Below, in pieces: positions 10,818 to 21,118 of a stretch of 64,000 nt of DNA. The stretch covers positions 151 through 64,150 of the forward strand of contig JBJEDT010000037.1 of the NCBI GenBank assembly GCA_051872335.1. Direction: 5' to 3'. This stretch comes from Bacilli bacterium (lineage in GTDB: Bacteria > Bacillota_I > Bacilli_A > RFN20 > CAG-826). Position 1 is the first letter of the stretch. The number at the start of each line of letters is the position of its first letter. The translations under genes and the position numbers were made by a program. Under the pieces are notes generated by a model, which worked only from the letters and a program-made list of their open reading frames with translations, did no database searches and was not told the DNA's origin.

Positions 10818-11262
10818 GCTTAATGTCTCCTTTAACTTTTATTAAATTTAAGATGAATGTTGGTAAATAAATAATAAATGAAAGGTCAATTACTATTTCT
10901 TCATTTCCATTTTTACAAACATAATCTAATCTAAATGGAATAATTTTTTTTAAATTTTCAAAAAAAGAAATTAATATTATATCAATATCTAAACGATTAT
11001 TACTTATATGTGTAAAATTTAAATATATCTTTTCTATTGGTTTTAGAAGATGACAATAGTTTAAGTCAGCTTTATCAAGCTCATGATTCATTAAAGCATC
11101 TTCTATAGCTTTAATAAAAATCTTCCCCTTCCTAAAATATATGACTGGAATATAATCTACATAAATAATCATATACAACAAATTCGTTTTTATTCTAAAA
11201 CGATGGGGAATTCCAAAAATAATAAATAACAAAAATAGTAATATAACAATTAGATATTTCAT
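10798..11262 (-). CDS. YtfI-like (DUF2953-like) membrane-anchored protein
   Basis: N-terminal TM helix; overlaps the gerW start as ytfI does in Bacillus; sequence similarity itself is weak. Confidence 0.5.
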   Translation of the reverse strand: MKYLIVILLFLLFIIFGIPHRFRIKTNLLYMIIYVDYIPVIYFRKGKIFIKAIEDALMNHELDKADLNYCHLLKPIEKIYLNFTHISNNRLDIDIILISFFENLKKIIPFRLDYVCKNGNEEIVIDLSFIIYLPTFILNLIKVKGDIKRARKIH

Positions 11263-11267
11263 ATAAA

Positions 11268-11296
11268 TATTATTTATTAAATATTAAAATTTATAC
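11268..11296 (-). promoter_or_regulatory. Sigma-F/sigma-G-like promoter of ytfI-gerW
   Basis: GTATA-N17-AATAATA ending 5 nt before the ATG; no SD. Confidence 0.55.
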
Positions 11297-11326
11297 AAAA
11301 AGTGTAAGAAAATTCTTACACTTTTT
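11297..11326 (-). terminator. Intrinsic terminator after the SASP-like ORF
   Basis: AAAAAGTGTAAGAA-AA-TTCTTACACTTTTT perfect inverted repeat. Confidence 0.8.
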
Positions 11327-11334
11327 AAAATAAT

Positions 11335-11553
11335 CTATTTCTTATTTTTTTTAGGTTGAATACTTTTTTGAACTTCACGACCATATGGTCCTATATCAAT
11401 ACCATATTCAGTTTCAAATACTTCAAAATCAGCTTGAGTTGATGTATGAGATGAATTTCTATTGTTAGTATTTGTATTAGAACCTTGTTCTCTAATATTG
11501 CTTCTTAATGAATTATTAAGTTTATTTCTTTTTGCTTTATTAGTAGCACGCAT
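11335..11553 (-). CDS. Small basic protein, possible divergent small acid-soluble spore protein
   Basis: Strong SD GGGAGGT; sspA position after thiI; FEVFETEYGIDIGP resembles the SASP motif YEIASEFGVNLG. Confidence 0.5.
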   Translation of the reverse strand: MRATNKAKRNKLNNSLRSNIREQGSNTNTNNRNSSHTSTQADFEVFETEYGIDIGPYGREVQKSIQPKKNKK

Positions 11554-11575
11554 ATTAAACTAACCTCCCATTGAT

Positions 11576-11604
11576 TAGTATTAACTATTTGCGACTATCT
11601 ATTA
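11576..11604 (-). promoter_or_regulatory. Sigma-G-like promoter of the SASP-like ORF
   Basis: TAATA-N17-AATACTA versus consensus GHATA-N17/18-CATACTA. Confidence 0.5.
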
Positions 11605-12792
11605 TAAATATTGTTCTTCATCAAATTTATCATCTTCTTTAACATATAAAACTTCAGTGTCTCTAACTGCTTCATATATTAATTGCTCATAATCAAATTT
11701 CTTTTCAAATTCTTCAACTTCATCAAGTTTTGGAGAAGTTTTTGGATTCTTTGGGTCAAAAATTGTACAGCAATCTTCATATGGTCTTATTGAAATATCA
11801 TATGTTCCAATTTTTTGTGATATTGAAATAATCTCTAATTTATCAGTAACTGCTAATGGTCTAATTATTGGCATATTAGTTACTTGATTAATAACTTTCA
11901 TACTTGCTAAAGTTTGAGAGGCTACTTGTCCTACTGATTCACCATTTGCAACAGCTAAACAATTTCTTCTTTTAGCTAATCTTTCAGCAATTCTATACAT
12001 CATACGCCTCATAATAGTAATGGCATAACTTTCATCAGAATTCCTATAAATTTCTTCTTGTAATCTCGTAAAAGGTACAATATGAATACGAATAGAAGGT
12101 TGATATTTATTTAAAATATGACATAAGTCTTTTATTTTATCGATAACTGCAGCATTTGTATATGGTGGAGAAGCATAATGAATCATCTCTAAATAAACTC
12201 CTCTTTTCATAAGTAAATAAGAAGCAACAGGTGAATCAATACCGCCTGAAATCATCATCATTGCCTTACCACCAATCCCTAAAGGATAACCGCCTGCTCC
12301 AGGAATAGTTTTTGTAAATAAATATGTACCATCATCTCTTATCTCAATATTTAATAAAACATCAGGATTATGTACATCTACTTTCCATTTAGTAGTAGAT
12401 AAAATACGTCCGGCTACTTGTCTAGTTATATCTTCAGAATGTATTGGAAATAATTTGTTTGCTCTTTTTGTTTTAATTTTAAAAGTACTACCAGCTTCTA
12501 ATTTTAATTGTTCGCATGCTATACTTTTAATAGTTTCAATTTCTGATTCAACCTTTAAAACTAAAGACATTGAATGAATACCTGAAACATCTTTTAATCT
12601 TTCTAAAATAGGTTCTACATCATTATTATTTAAAATAATATATGTGTGATCGAGACGCACAATATATTCTAAATTTTTATAATTTTTTAATGCATGTTTT
12701 ATATTTGCTGCAAGTTTATTAACAAAATCTTTTTTGTTTTTTCCTTTAGTCGATAATTCACCATATCGAACCATAATGCGATCGTAATTCAT
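11602..12792 (-). CDS. thiI: tRNA 4-thiouridine synthase ThiI
   Basis: VRYGELSTKGKN, THUMP domain, PP-loop SGGIDSPVA, PYEDCCT. Confidence 0.96.
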   Translation of the reverse strand: MNYDRIMVRYGELSTKGKNKKDFVNKLAANIKHALKNYKNLEYIVRLDHTYIILNNNDVEPILERLKDVSGIHSMSLVLKVESEIETIKSIACEQLKLEAGSTFKIKTKRANKLFPIHSEDITRQVAGRILSTTKWKVDVHNPDVLLNIEIRDDGTYLFTKTIPGAGGYPLGIGGKAMMMISGGIDSPVASYLLMKRGVYLEMIHYASPPYTNAAVIDKIKDLCHILNKYQPSIRIHIVPFTRLQEEIYRNSDESYAITIMRRMMYRIAERLAKRRNCLAVANGESVGQVASQTLASMKVINQVTNMPIIRPLAVTDKLEIISISQKIGTYDISIRPYEDCCTIFDPKNPKTSPKLDEVEEFEKKFDYEQLIYEAVRDTEVLYVKEDDKFDEEQYL

Positions 12793-12807
12793 TTATGTTG
12801 CTCCAAT

Positions 12808-13947
12808 CTATTTATTGTCTTTTAAATTATCTAATAAAATTCTCAATTCATTAAAAAATATACCTAATTCTGTAATAGTATTATATCTATCAAAACTCAA
12901 TCGTAAAGAATTACTATATTCTTGTTTTGTTTTTCCCATTGCTTTTAAAACTGTAGAATAAGCTTCTTTTTTTGATGAACAAGCACTAGTTGTCGAAACC
13001 ATAATACTCTTGGATGATAAGCCTTCAACTATGACACTACTTTTTTTATTAGCAAATGAAATGTTAATAATAAAAGGTGATTCCCCTTTTTTAGAATTTA
13101 TAACAACTTCATCGCTTAACTTACTAAATTCATCATAAGCGTAATCAAATAAAACTTTAACTATTTCATAATCTTTGCTTTGGGCCTCTAAAGCAAGTCT
13201 TAATGTCTTAGCTAAAATTACTTCTTTTTGAAAATCATTAGTTCCACTTCGTATTCCAAATTCTTGCCCTCCACCAGAAAGCAAAGGTAACAACTCTATG
13301 TTTTTCTTTTTAACTAAAACTCCTGAACCTTTTAATCCATGAATCTTATGGGCACTTAATACAAATAAATCAAGTTTATCATATGGAATATATGGAATTT
13401 TCCCAATTGCTTGAGTCGTGTCACTATGGAAAAAACATTTCGGATATTTATGAACAATATCTGCTAACGCATCTAAATCATTAATACAACCAACTTCATT
13501 ATTAACTGCCATAATTGAAACTAAAATTGTATCATTTCGCATATTTTGTTCTAATGTTTTTGGTTCTACTTTTCCTTCTGAATTAACAGGTAAAACTGTC
13601 AATTCAAATCCAAAATGATCTCTAAGCTGGAAGAATGTATTCAAAACTGAAGGATGTTCAACAGCACTTGTTATAAGATGTTTTCCTCGATTTTGGTATT
13701 GAAAAGCAATTCCTTTAATAGCTAAATTATTTGATTCCGTTGCTCCACTAGTAAAAATAATTTCACTAGAATTAACACCAAAAAGGCTCGCTATTTGTTC
13801 ACGAGCTTTTGTTAATAATTTTGCACTTTCCACGCCACCTTGATGGACACTAGAAGTATTCATAAAAAGTTTATTTGTTAAATCATAATACGAATTTAAT
13901 ATTACATCATCTACTTTTGTAGTAGCTGCGTTATCAAGATATATCAA
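12808..13947 (-). CDS. iscS: Cysteine desulfurase (NifZ/IscS-like, ThiI partner)
   Basis: IYLDNAATT, SAHKIHGLKG, TTSACSS; TTG start; upstream of thiI. Confidence 0.92.
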   Translation of the reverse strand: MIYLDNAATTKVDDVILNSYYDLTNKLFMNTSSVHQGGVESAKLLTKAREQIASLFGVNSSEIIFTSGATESNNLAIKGIAFQYQNRGKHLITSAVEHPSVLNTFFQLRDHFGFELTVLPVNSEGKVEPKTLEQNMRNDTILVSIMAVNNEVGCINDLDALADIVHKYPKCFFHSDTTQAIGKIPYIPYDKLDLFVLSAHKIHGLKGSGVLVKKKNIELLPLLSGGGQEFGIRSGTNDFQKEVILAKTLRLALEAQSKDYEIVKVLFDYAYDEFSKLSDEVVINSKKGESPFIINISFANKKSSVIVEGLSSKSIMVSTTSACSSKKEAYSTVLKAMGKTKQEYSNSLRLSFDRYNTITELGIFFNELRILLDNLKDNK

Positions 13948-14006
13948 GATCCATTCCCCCTTTTATTTTATGCTTTTTCTAAAGAATGTCTTTTGACAAA
14001 TGCCTA

Positions 14007-15728
14007 TTAACGTTTTGGTTTTTGTATAACAGATAATGAATTTTGATTAGCTTGAGAAAAATTACCTTTAAAGAAATCTTTTTCGGCTTCACATAAAGCA
14101 ACATCAAAACTACCAACTTCACAACGAATTTTATTTGCTAATAATACATTGTTTTCAACCTCTGTTGCTTGAGCTATAACTGTATTAACAAATTCTTTAA
14201 GTCCTGTGTTTAATGATACCATTTCATTAGCATAGCGATTAACTGCTGCTACATCAATTGGCATTGAAATCAATGAATTATATAACCTTTCGATTAACAA
14301 ATAAATTCTTTCAATAGTTTTCTTTTGTGGATCATAAACATCTTTTAAATTCAAATCACGTAATAAATATTCAGAATGTTTTACTGAAAGATAAGAATCA
14401 TTAATTAATAAATAAGACTTATCACAATCACTCTTCAATGAATCAATATAGTTATTATATTCAGTAATCATGTTATTAACATTATTACAAATATTATTTA
14501 ATTCTTTCATTTTATTAACTAACATTGAATAAGGTTGTTTTGTAGAAGATAAGAAATATGCATCTAATTGACGTTTTAAAGTCCCCATTTCATTAATTTG
14601 TTCTTGAATCTTATCAATATAACCACTATATGTATTTGCAATTTGATAATATTGAATAACTTTATCAATTTTTCTTTTTAAAGAAATAAATGATTTTTCT
14701 AATTCTTCGCATTCACTATAAATCTTATTTCCATCAGACTCTACTAATTCATATGACTCATATTCTTGATTAAATTGTTCGAGCAATATGTTTAAACCTT
14801 TTACCATCTCATCAAGAATTTCTTGAGCATTTTTATATACAAAACTATTAAAATTTGAAATTAATTCTTTTAGAACTTTATTATATTCATCTATTGTTGC
14901 AGAAACATGTAAATGATGAACAGGAATTTTTAGATTATTCATTTCATCACATTTTTGTTCTACTTTTTCAATTAAATCAGGAATAGTAACAGTTGATTCG
15001 ATACATAAAGATGGAAGATACTCTAATCCATTCTTAAGTTCATTAATCATTTTATCTAATTTTATAGTTAATTCATTTGCTTCTTGATATTTAGTTTCTT
15101 CAATTAGTCCATTAATTTTTTCAAAATTTTCATCTATTCCATCAAAAACCATAAAGAATGTTTCTGAAAGAATTTGTAAGGATTGTTCATTGATATCAAA
15201 CAAATAATGACACTTTTCATAAGTTTTTGATAAATTAGAAATCCATTCTTTTAAACGATCTTCTTCAGTAAATAACTCAGTTAATTTTTGTTCAATAAAA
15301 TTAACATTTTTTTCAAAAATAGAGAAAACTGTTTTTAACTCGTTAAAAGTTTTTTTGTATTCCTTATAATTAGAAGACATTACTTTTTTTAAATTCTCAA
15401 GAGCTATATTAACAGCAGGTTCAAATGTATTAGTTATTTTATTATAAACTGGTGAGATTGACTTAAATAATTTGTCATATGTTTCATTATTTTCTGCAGT
15501 TAAATTTAATCTTTTTAAATATGCTAAAAGAGGTCCATATACTTTATTAGTCAAATCATTGTATTTTTGTGTATATGAATCTAAGTTATGTTGACGATTA
15601 TAATAAGAATTTTTAAGTATAGCTACAATAACTATCATAGCAATAATTAAAACACAGCCAATAATAAGAGCTATTGTACCAATTAGTTGTTTAATTTCAG
15701 TTAAAATAATAAAAATCATCGTCATCAC
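14007..15728 (-). CDS. ezrA: Septation ring formation regulator EzrA
   Basis: N-terminal TM plus long helical repeats, 573 aa; rpsD-ezrA-iscS-thiI synteny. Confidence 0.8.
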   Translation of the reverse strand: MMTMIFIILTEIKQLIGTIALIIGCVLIIAMIVIVAILKNSYYNRQHNLDSYTQKYNDLTNKVYGPLLAYLKRLNLTAENNETYDKLFKSISPVYNKITNTFEPAVNIALENLKKVMSSNYKEYKKTFNELKTVFSIFEKNVNFIEQKLTELFTEEDRLKEWISNLSKTYEKCHYLFDINEQSLQILSETFFMVFDGIDENFEKINGLIEETKYQEANELTIKLDKMINELKNGLEYLPSLCIESTVTIPDLIEKVEQKCDEMNNLKIPVHHLHVSATIDEYNKVLKELISNFNSFVYKNAQEILDEMVKGLNILLEQFNQEYESYELVESDGNKIYSECEELEKSFISLKRKIDKVIQYYQIANTYSGYIDKIQEQINEMGTLKRQLDAYFLSSTKQPYSMLVNKMKELNNICNNVNNMITEYNNYIDSLKSDCDKSYLLINDSYLSVKHSEYLLRDLNLKDVYDPQKKTIERIYLLIERLYNSLISMPIDVAAVNRYANEMVSLNTGLKEFVNTVIAQATEVENNVLLANKIRCEVGSFDVALCEAEKDFFKGNFSQANQNSLSVIQKPKR

Positions 15729-15899
15729 CTTTAAAAATTATAGCATATATAATTTTATTATAAAATTATAATTTCTACAAATTAATTGATTTTGTAAAAA
15801 TTTTTCATTAAAAATTTATAAAAACACCAATCAATAATATTTTTACAATTAATTAATGTTAATTTTTACCGAAAATAAGCAAATTTTTATCACTTTTAA

Positions 15900-15928
15900 T
15901 TGACACACAAATACGCCATTGGTATAAT
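15900..15928 (+). promoter_or_regulatory. Sigma-A promoter of rpsD
   Basis: Consensus TTGACA-N17-TATAAT with extended TG. Confidence 0.85.
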
Positions 15929-15934
15929 AAAAAA

Positions 15935-16075
15935 GCATGTAATGCAGCATGTAAATACTTCTTGTCTGACGTTTAGTAAACTAAAGAAAGTAACCTAGCT
16001 GAATGGTGAAATCATAATCTAAACATCCGAAGAATGGGATTTACACCATATGCCTTATTTGCAAAAAAGACATAA
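15935..16075 (+). promoter_or_regulatory. S4 autoregulatory leader
   Basis: About 150 nt 5' UTR with GTAAAT/ATTTAC pairing and GTAACC..GCTG motif typical of Bacilli rpsD leaders. Confidence 0.65.
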
Positions 16076-16088
16076 GGAGGAAAAAGAA

Positions 16089-16694
16089 ATGTCAAGATAC
16101 ACAGGTTCTACATGGAAAGTATCACGTCGTCTCGGCTTTTCTATCTTAGAGACAGGTAAGGAATTATCAAAACGTCCTTACGGACCAGGTCAACATGGTA
16201 AAGATAGAAAGAAAAAATCATCAGAGTATGGTAAACAATTAATCGAAAAACAAAAATTAAGATTAATGTACGGAGTTAATGAAAGACAATTCCAACGTTT
16301 ATTCTTAATGGCTTCAAAATCAAATGAAGTTACAGGTATTGCATTTATGCGTATCTTAGAATCACGTTTAGATAACTTAGTCTACCGTATTGGTTTTGCT
16401 AGAACACGTCGTGCAGCAAGACAATTAGTTAACCACGGTCACATCTTAGTTAACGGTAAGAAAATTGATATTCCATCATATTTATGCAAACCAAACGATG
16501 TAATCAGTGTTAAAGAAGTTTCAAAAGATTTAAAAGTTATCGCTGAAGCATTAGAAATTAAAGCAGCTTGCCCATTTGTTACTACTGATGTAGAAAAGAA
16601 ATCAGGCACATTTGTTCGTTTACCAGAACGTAATGAATTAACACCTGAAATTGAAGAATCACAAATCGTTGAATTCTACAACCGTAAGCTCTAA
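16089..16694 (+). CDS. rpsD: 30S ribosomal protein S4
   Basis: MSRYTG...PGQHG...LESRLDN; SD AAGGAGG places the start at 16089. Confidence 0.98.
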   Translation: MSRYTGSTWKVSRRLGFSILETGKELSKRPYGPGQHGKDRKKKSSEYGKQLIEKQKLRLMYGVNERQFQRLFLMASKSNEVTGIAFMRILESRLDNLVYRIGFARTRRAARQLVNHGHILVNGKKIDIPSYLCKPNDVISVKEVSKDLKVIAEALEIKAACPFVTTDVEKKSGTFVRLPERNELTPEIEESQIVEFYNRKL

Positions 16695-16709
16695 TATTCT
16701 AGAACTTAT

Positions 16710-16780
16710 AAGCCAACTTGCAAAAGTTGGCTTTTATTTTACAAAATAAAAACTTTTAGTTTTTACTAAAAGTTTTTTTC
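16710..16780. terminator. Two hairpin terminators between convergent rpsD and tyrS
   Basis: AAGCCAACTT/AAGTTGGCTT and AAAACTTTTAGT/ACTAAAAGTTTT inverted repeats. Confidence 0.75.
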
Positions 16781-16784
16781 ATGT

Positions 16785-18038
16785 TTATAAATGTTTAACT
16801 AAGAAATAATTCTTTTTACCACGACGAATGATTGTGTACTTATTAAATAGAGCGTTTTCTTTTGTAACATCAATATTTGAATTTACCTTATCTCCATTTA
16901 CTAAAACACTATTTCCTGTAATAAATTCGCGAGCTTCCCTTTTTGACGAAGCAGCTTTAATTAAGATTAATAAATCTTCTAAAGGTAATGAAGAATCCAA
17001 TTCAACAACATTTCCTCCACCAAGAACATTTTCAATTTGTTCTTCAGTTAAGTTTTTAACATCCCCTGAGAAGAAAGCTTGAGTCACATTTAATGCCTCT
17101 TCTAAACCTTCTTTACCATGTATAGTTTCAACAATATCAGCTGCTAATGCTTTTTGACCAATTCGAGCACCTGGATTTGCTAAATGTTCTTTTTCAATTG
17201 CTATAATTTCTTCTCTAGATTTAAATGAGAATACTTTTAAATATCTAATTGCATCTTCGTCAGTAGTATTAATAAAGTATTGATATAGTTTATAAGGTGA
17301 AGTTAATTTTGGATCTAAAAATAGTGCACCGTCTTCTGACTTACCAAATTTTTTACCATCAGCACGAGTTAATAAATGTGCTGTCATAACTCCAACATTA
17401 ACATCATTTCCTTCTACTTTTCTAATTAATTCTAATCCAGCAGTTAGATTTCCCCATTGATCATTTCCACCGATTTGAATATTACATCCATATTTTTGAT
17501 GTAGTGTTAAGAAATCTACGGATTGTAGAGTCATATAACTAAATTCAGTAAATGAAATACCTGCCTCTAATCTGGATGCAATAATATCTTTACTTAACAT
17601 ATAATTAATAGGGAAGTATTTACCATAATCTCTTAAATAATCTAAAAATGAAATGTTACCCAACCAATCGTAGTTATTAACAATTGCTCCTTTTTCAGGA
17701 TCTGTCAAATCAATAAAACGCTCAAGTTGTGCTCTAATACATTCTGTATTTTTTTGTAATGTTTCTTTTCCTTGTAAGTTTCTTTCTTTAGATTTACCAG
17801 ATGGGTCACCAATCATACCAGTAGCTCCACCAACTACAGCAATAACTTTGTGACCAGCTCTTTGAAGTCTCATTAAAATAGAAATCATAACAAAATTGCC
17901 GACATGCATAGAACTAGCTGAAGGGTCAAAACCACAATAAATAGTTTGTTTAGTCGATAGTAATTCTTTCATTTTTTCTTCATTAGAGTATTCTTGAATA
18001 AGTCCTCTCCAATTCAATTCTTCGATAATGTTTTCCAT
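16785..18038 (-). CDS. tyrS: Tyrosine--tRNA ligase
   Basis: YCGFDPSASSMHVGN (HIGH), KKFGKS (KMSKS), RRGKKNYF. Confidence 0.98.
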   Translation of the reverse strand: MENIIEELNWRGLIQEYSNEEKMKELLSTKQTIYCGFDPSASSMHVGNFVMISILMRLQRAGHKVIAVVGGATGMIGDPSGKSKERNLQGKETLQKNTECIRAQLERFIDLTDPEKGAIVNNYDWLGNISFLDYLRDYGKYFPINYMLSKDIIASRLEAGISFTEFSYMTLQSVDFLTLHQKYGCNIQIGGNDQWGNLTAGLELIRKVEGNDVNVGVMTAHLLTRADGKKFGKSEDGALFLDPKLTSPYKLYQYFINTTDEDAIRYLKVFSFKSREEIIAIEKEHLANPGARIGQKALAADIVETIHGKEGLEEALNVTQAFFSGDVKNLTEEQIENVLGGGNVVELDSSLPLEDLLILIKAASSKREAREFITGNSVLVNGDKVNSNIDVTKENALFNKYTIIRRGKKNYFLVKHL

Positions 18039-18057
18039 AAGTTCCTCCTAAAATTTA

Positions 18058-18265
18058 AATAAAAAAGCATCCCTATATTCTAAGGACGCTTATATAAACG
18101 TGGTACCACCTTAGTTGAGAATAATAAATTATCCCCCACTCATTAAGTTTTAACGCAACTAACGTCTTAATTTCTTAAGATTGCTCCTAAATCGTATTTC
18201 CTTTGTTACTTCTTTTCACCAACCAGAAGTTCTCTTTAATAAAGTACTTTTATTTATTCAACGCA
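18058..18265 (-). promoter_or_regulatory. T-box riboswitch (Tyr)
   Basis: T-box AAGGTGGTACCACG (18099-18112), AGAGA/GGTGAA motifs, TAC specifier at 18194-18196. Confidence 0.92.
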
Positions 18266-18316
18266 ATAAATATATTATCATACAACAAATTAAAGTCAAG
18301 ATATTAAACTAATAAA

Positions 18317-19315
18317 TTACATCGTTGTAGTGTCTCTTTTTATATAAGTAGATTCGAATTTTACACTACGACCTTTTTGCTCATATTCTAATAATTCATC
18401 AAGCATACTCATAGATTTACGACCAACATCAACCATATTAATATGCATAGCACTGATTTGAGGGCGTGTGATTGAAGCATATTTAGTTCCGATTAAAGAT
18501 AAAACTTCAACATCTTCTGGAACACGTAATCCCGAGTCAATAGCAGCATTAATAATTGCAGCAGCTAGAGAATCTCTATAAGCTAAAAAATAACCTTTCT
18601 TATTTGTTTTAAAAAAATCTACAAAATCTTGATATGTACGATTATATGAATCATCACAACTTAATAGTCCATAACTTTTATTTGCTTCAATATGAGTATT
18701 AATAAATGCTTTTTCAATACGTGCTAATAATCTACCACAATTATGGACATGCAAGAAATACATTTTCTTATCACCATGTTCAAAATATTCATTCAAAATT
18801 AATCTAATCTTATGTTCATAACCAAATGTAATGCAACCAACTTTATCAGAAATAATTTTATTATTTACGGCAATAACAGGAACGGCATAAGATTGTAAAA
18901 CATTGACATCTTCAACATCTAATTCATCATCAAAAATAATAGCTCCATCAACGTGAGAAGTAATAACTTTTTCAACAACTTTAATTGCATCTTCCCTTTG
19001 ATGTTGAGTAACAAAAAGACTTAATGTATATCCTTTTTCTTTAGCAGCATCTGTAATACCATTTAACATATTAGAAATATAAACATAGTTAGCCGCAGGA
19101 ATAACAACCCCAATATTTGTAGATCTATTTGTTGCTAAAGCTTGAGCAACAGCAGAAGGTTTGTAACCAAGGCGAGTAACTGTTTCTTCAACTTTTTTTC
19201 TAGTAGCCTCAGTAACATTTCCTTGTTTATTGATAACACGAGAAACAGTTGCTAAACTTACACCACTTGCTTTAGCAACTTCATAAATAGTGACACGTTC
19301 TTTCATGTTTTTCAT
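18317..19315 (-). CDS. ccpA: LacI-family regulator, CcpA-like
   Basis: VTIYEVAKASGVSLATVSRVIN HTH; murC-ytxH-ccpA-tyrS synteny. Confidence 0.75.
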   Translation of the reverse strand: MKNMKERVTIYEVAKASGVSLATVSRVINKQGNVTEATRKKVEETVTRLGYKPSAVAQALATNRSTNIGVVIPAANYVYISNMLNGITDAAKEKGYTLSLFVTQHQREDAIKVVEKVITSHVDGAIIFDDELDVEDVNVLQSYAVPVIAVNNKIISDKVGCITFGYEHKIRLILNEYFEHGDKKMYFLHVHNCGRLLARIEKAFINTHIEANKSYGLLSCDDSYNRTYQDFVDFFKTNKKGYFLAYRDSLAAAIINAAIDSGLRVPEDVEVLSLIGTKYASITRPQISAMHINMVDVGRKSMSMLDELLEYEQKGRSVKFESTYIKRDTTTM

Positions 19316-19491
19316 AAATTTACCTCCACTTCTAATTATCTAATGATGCAATCTAAAAGATTACTTAAATTACTCTTTCATTCTAAAAGAAAAAATTTTC
19401 ATAGTCAAGAAAGATACTTTAAAAAATTTACATTTTTTAGCAATGATTTTCATGTTTTTTTCAAAAAGAAAAACGCCCTAGTAGCGTTTCC

Positions 19492-19824
19492 TTAATTTCC
19501 TAATTCTAATATTGATAAAATAGATTTCTTAATTTTGGAAAAAACCTTTTTATATTCACTGCTTAATTCTTCAACATCAATTGATTGAATATCATCAAAG
19601 ATGTCTTGAGCTAATTTAAATACTTCCTTGTCACTTTTAAAAGATTCTTCTTCAATAGCACTTTCTTTTAAGTTACAAGAACATGATTTCTTTTTCATTT
19701 TTTCCATATAATCTTCAACAGATGTCTTAACATCCTTCATTAATTTTGATGCTGGTTTACACATTACTATTAAACCTACTGCTGTTAACATTCCAGCACC
19801 GAAAGCTATAGTTTTTAAATGCAT
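19492..19824 (-). CDS. YtxH-like protein
   Basis: N-terminal hydrophobic Gly/Ala segment plus charged coiled coil; directly after murC as in Bacillus. Confidence 0.5.
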   Translation of the reverse strand: MHLKTIAFGAGMLTAVGLIVMCKPASKLMKDVKTSVEDYMEKMKKKSCSCNLKESAIEEESFKSDKEVFKLAQDIFDDIQSIDVEELSSEYKKVFSKIKKSILSILELGN

Positions 19825-19848
19825 ATATTACTCCTTTAGTTAACATCA

Positions 19849-21114
19849 TCATGATCTTATTTCCTCAACTTTATTCATCACATCGTTCATATTTTTAGAA
19901 GATAAAAATATAAATACTTGTTTTTCTTTTGTAAAACAATCTTTTGTTAAACTATTCAAATCATCAAGATAATGAAATTTTTTATTAAGTAATAAAAGCG
20001 ATGATGTTTTTTTATTGACACGTTCGTATAAAGGTAAAACATAAATATCATTTGCAAAATTTAATGCTTTTTTAAATTCATGTTTATAAAATAACAAACG
20101 TGAAAAACGATCGGGTTTAAAAAAGACGGTTAGCTTTAAACTAGGATATTTTTCTTTAATAAATTTTAAAGTTGCTTTAATCTCATTAGGATGATGCGCA
20201 TAATCGTCAATATATATATCCCCGTTTATTATCGTGGTATTAATTCGCCTATTTACACCGGCAAATTTTGCCAAATTTTCATTTAATAATTTAAATTCTA
20301 TATTATGTTCTAATCCATATGCAACAATAGATAGAGCATGTATAAAATTAAAAAATCCATAAAAAGGTAAAATTAATTTATCAATATATTCTTTCTTATG
20401 AAATAATTTACCTTCAATTATTTCGTTATCATGTTTTACATCTTTTAAATAATAATCAGCTTTTTTAGATGTTCCATATGTAATTATATTTTCATGTTTT
20501 ACTTTTTTATAGTCTTCGTAAGGTATATATATTTTATTAGCTTTGCTTAAAAATTTTTGAAAACTATTTATATAAGCTTTTTGGTTTTTAAAAAAATCGG
20601 TATGATCAAAATCAATATTAGTTAAAATACATTCTTTTGGAGTAAAGTTTAAAAAATTATTTTTATATTCACAAGCTTCAAAAACAATGCTTTCTTTATT
20701 ACCTCCAAATCCTATTCCATCTCCTCTTAACATTTCTATATTAATGATATTTTTAAATGTATCATAAAATAATCCAACTGTTGTCGTTTTACCATGTGTT
20801 CCACAAATAGCAATCGAATATTTATTTTTTATATAATCACTAAGAAAGTTTATATATGAAGTGGTATTCTTTTTATTAAATAAAAATTGGAATTTTGCAT
20901 TATCTTTATAGTAATTACCAATAATATAATTAAAATCTTTTTTGTACGAGAAATCATCAATTAATTCATATTGAATATTGTATTCTTCTAATAAATCTTG
21001 AGTAAAAAAATAATCGCTAATATCACAACCTGTAACATAATTACCATTGTCTTTTAAAATACGCGCTAAGGAAGACATTCCTGTCCCTTTTATACCAACT
21101 AAATAATATTTCAT
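19849..21114 (-). CDS. murC: UDP-N-acetylmuramate--L-alanine ligase
   Basis: VGIKGTGMSSLA, ICGTHGKTTT, EACEY, NIDFDHTD, DDYAHHPNEI; SD GGTGA before ATG 21114. Confidence 0.9.
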   Translation of the reverse strand: MKYYLVGIKGTGMSSLARILKDNGNYVTGCDISDYFFTQDLLEEYNIQYELIDDFSYKKDFNYIIGNYYKDNAKFQFLFNKKNTTSYINFLSDYIKNKYSIAICGTHGKTTTVGLFYDTFKNIINIEMLRGDGIGFGGNKESIVFEACEYKNNFLNFTPKECILTNIDFDHTDFFKNQKAYINSFQKFLSKANKIYIPYEDYKKVKHENIITYGTSKKADYYLKDVKHDNEIIEGKLFHKKEYIDKLILPFYGFFNFIHALSIVAYGLEHNIEFKLLNENLAKFAGVNRRINTTIINGDIYIDDYAHHPNEIKATLKFIKEKYPSLKLTVFFKPDRFSRLLFYKHEFKKALNFANDIYVLPLYERVNKKTSSLLLLNKKFHYLDDLNSLTKDCFTKEKQVFIFLSSKNMNDVMNKVEEIRS

Positions 21115-21118
21115 AAAA
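21086..21118 (-). repeat. Direct repeat copy 1 (murC 5' end)
   Basis: 31/33 identical to 22944-22976 by manual alignment. Confidence 0.9.

Noticed and set aside
16050-16088. N-terminal extension of S4 in the ORF track (similarly for murC, MATE, spoVAC, spoVAD, spoIIAA, truB, rbfA, infB, ylxR)
   Set aside because: SD position and homologue N-termini point to downstream ATG starts
19436-19454. cre-like site upstream of ccpA
   Set aside because: Lacks the central CG of cre/LacI operators
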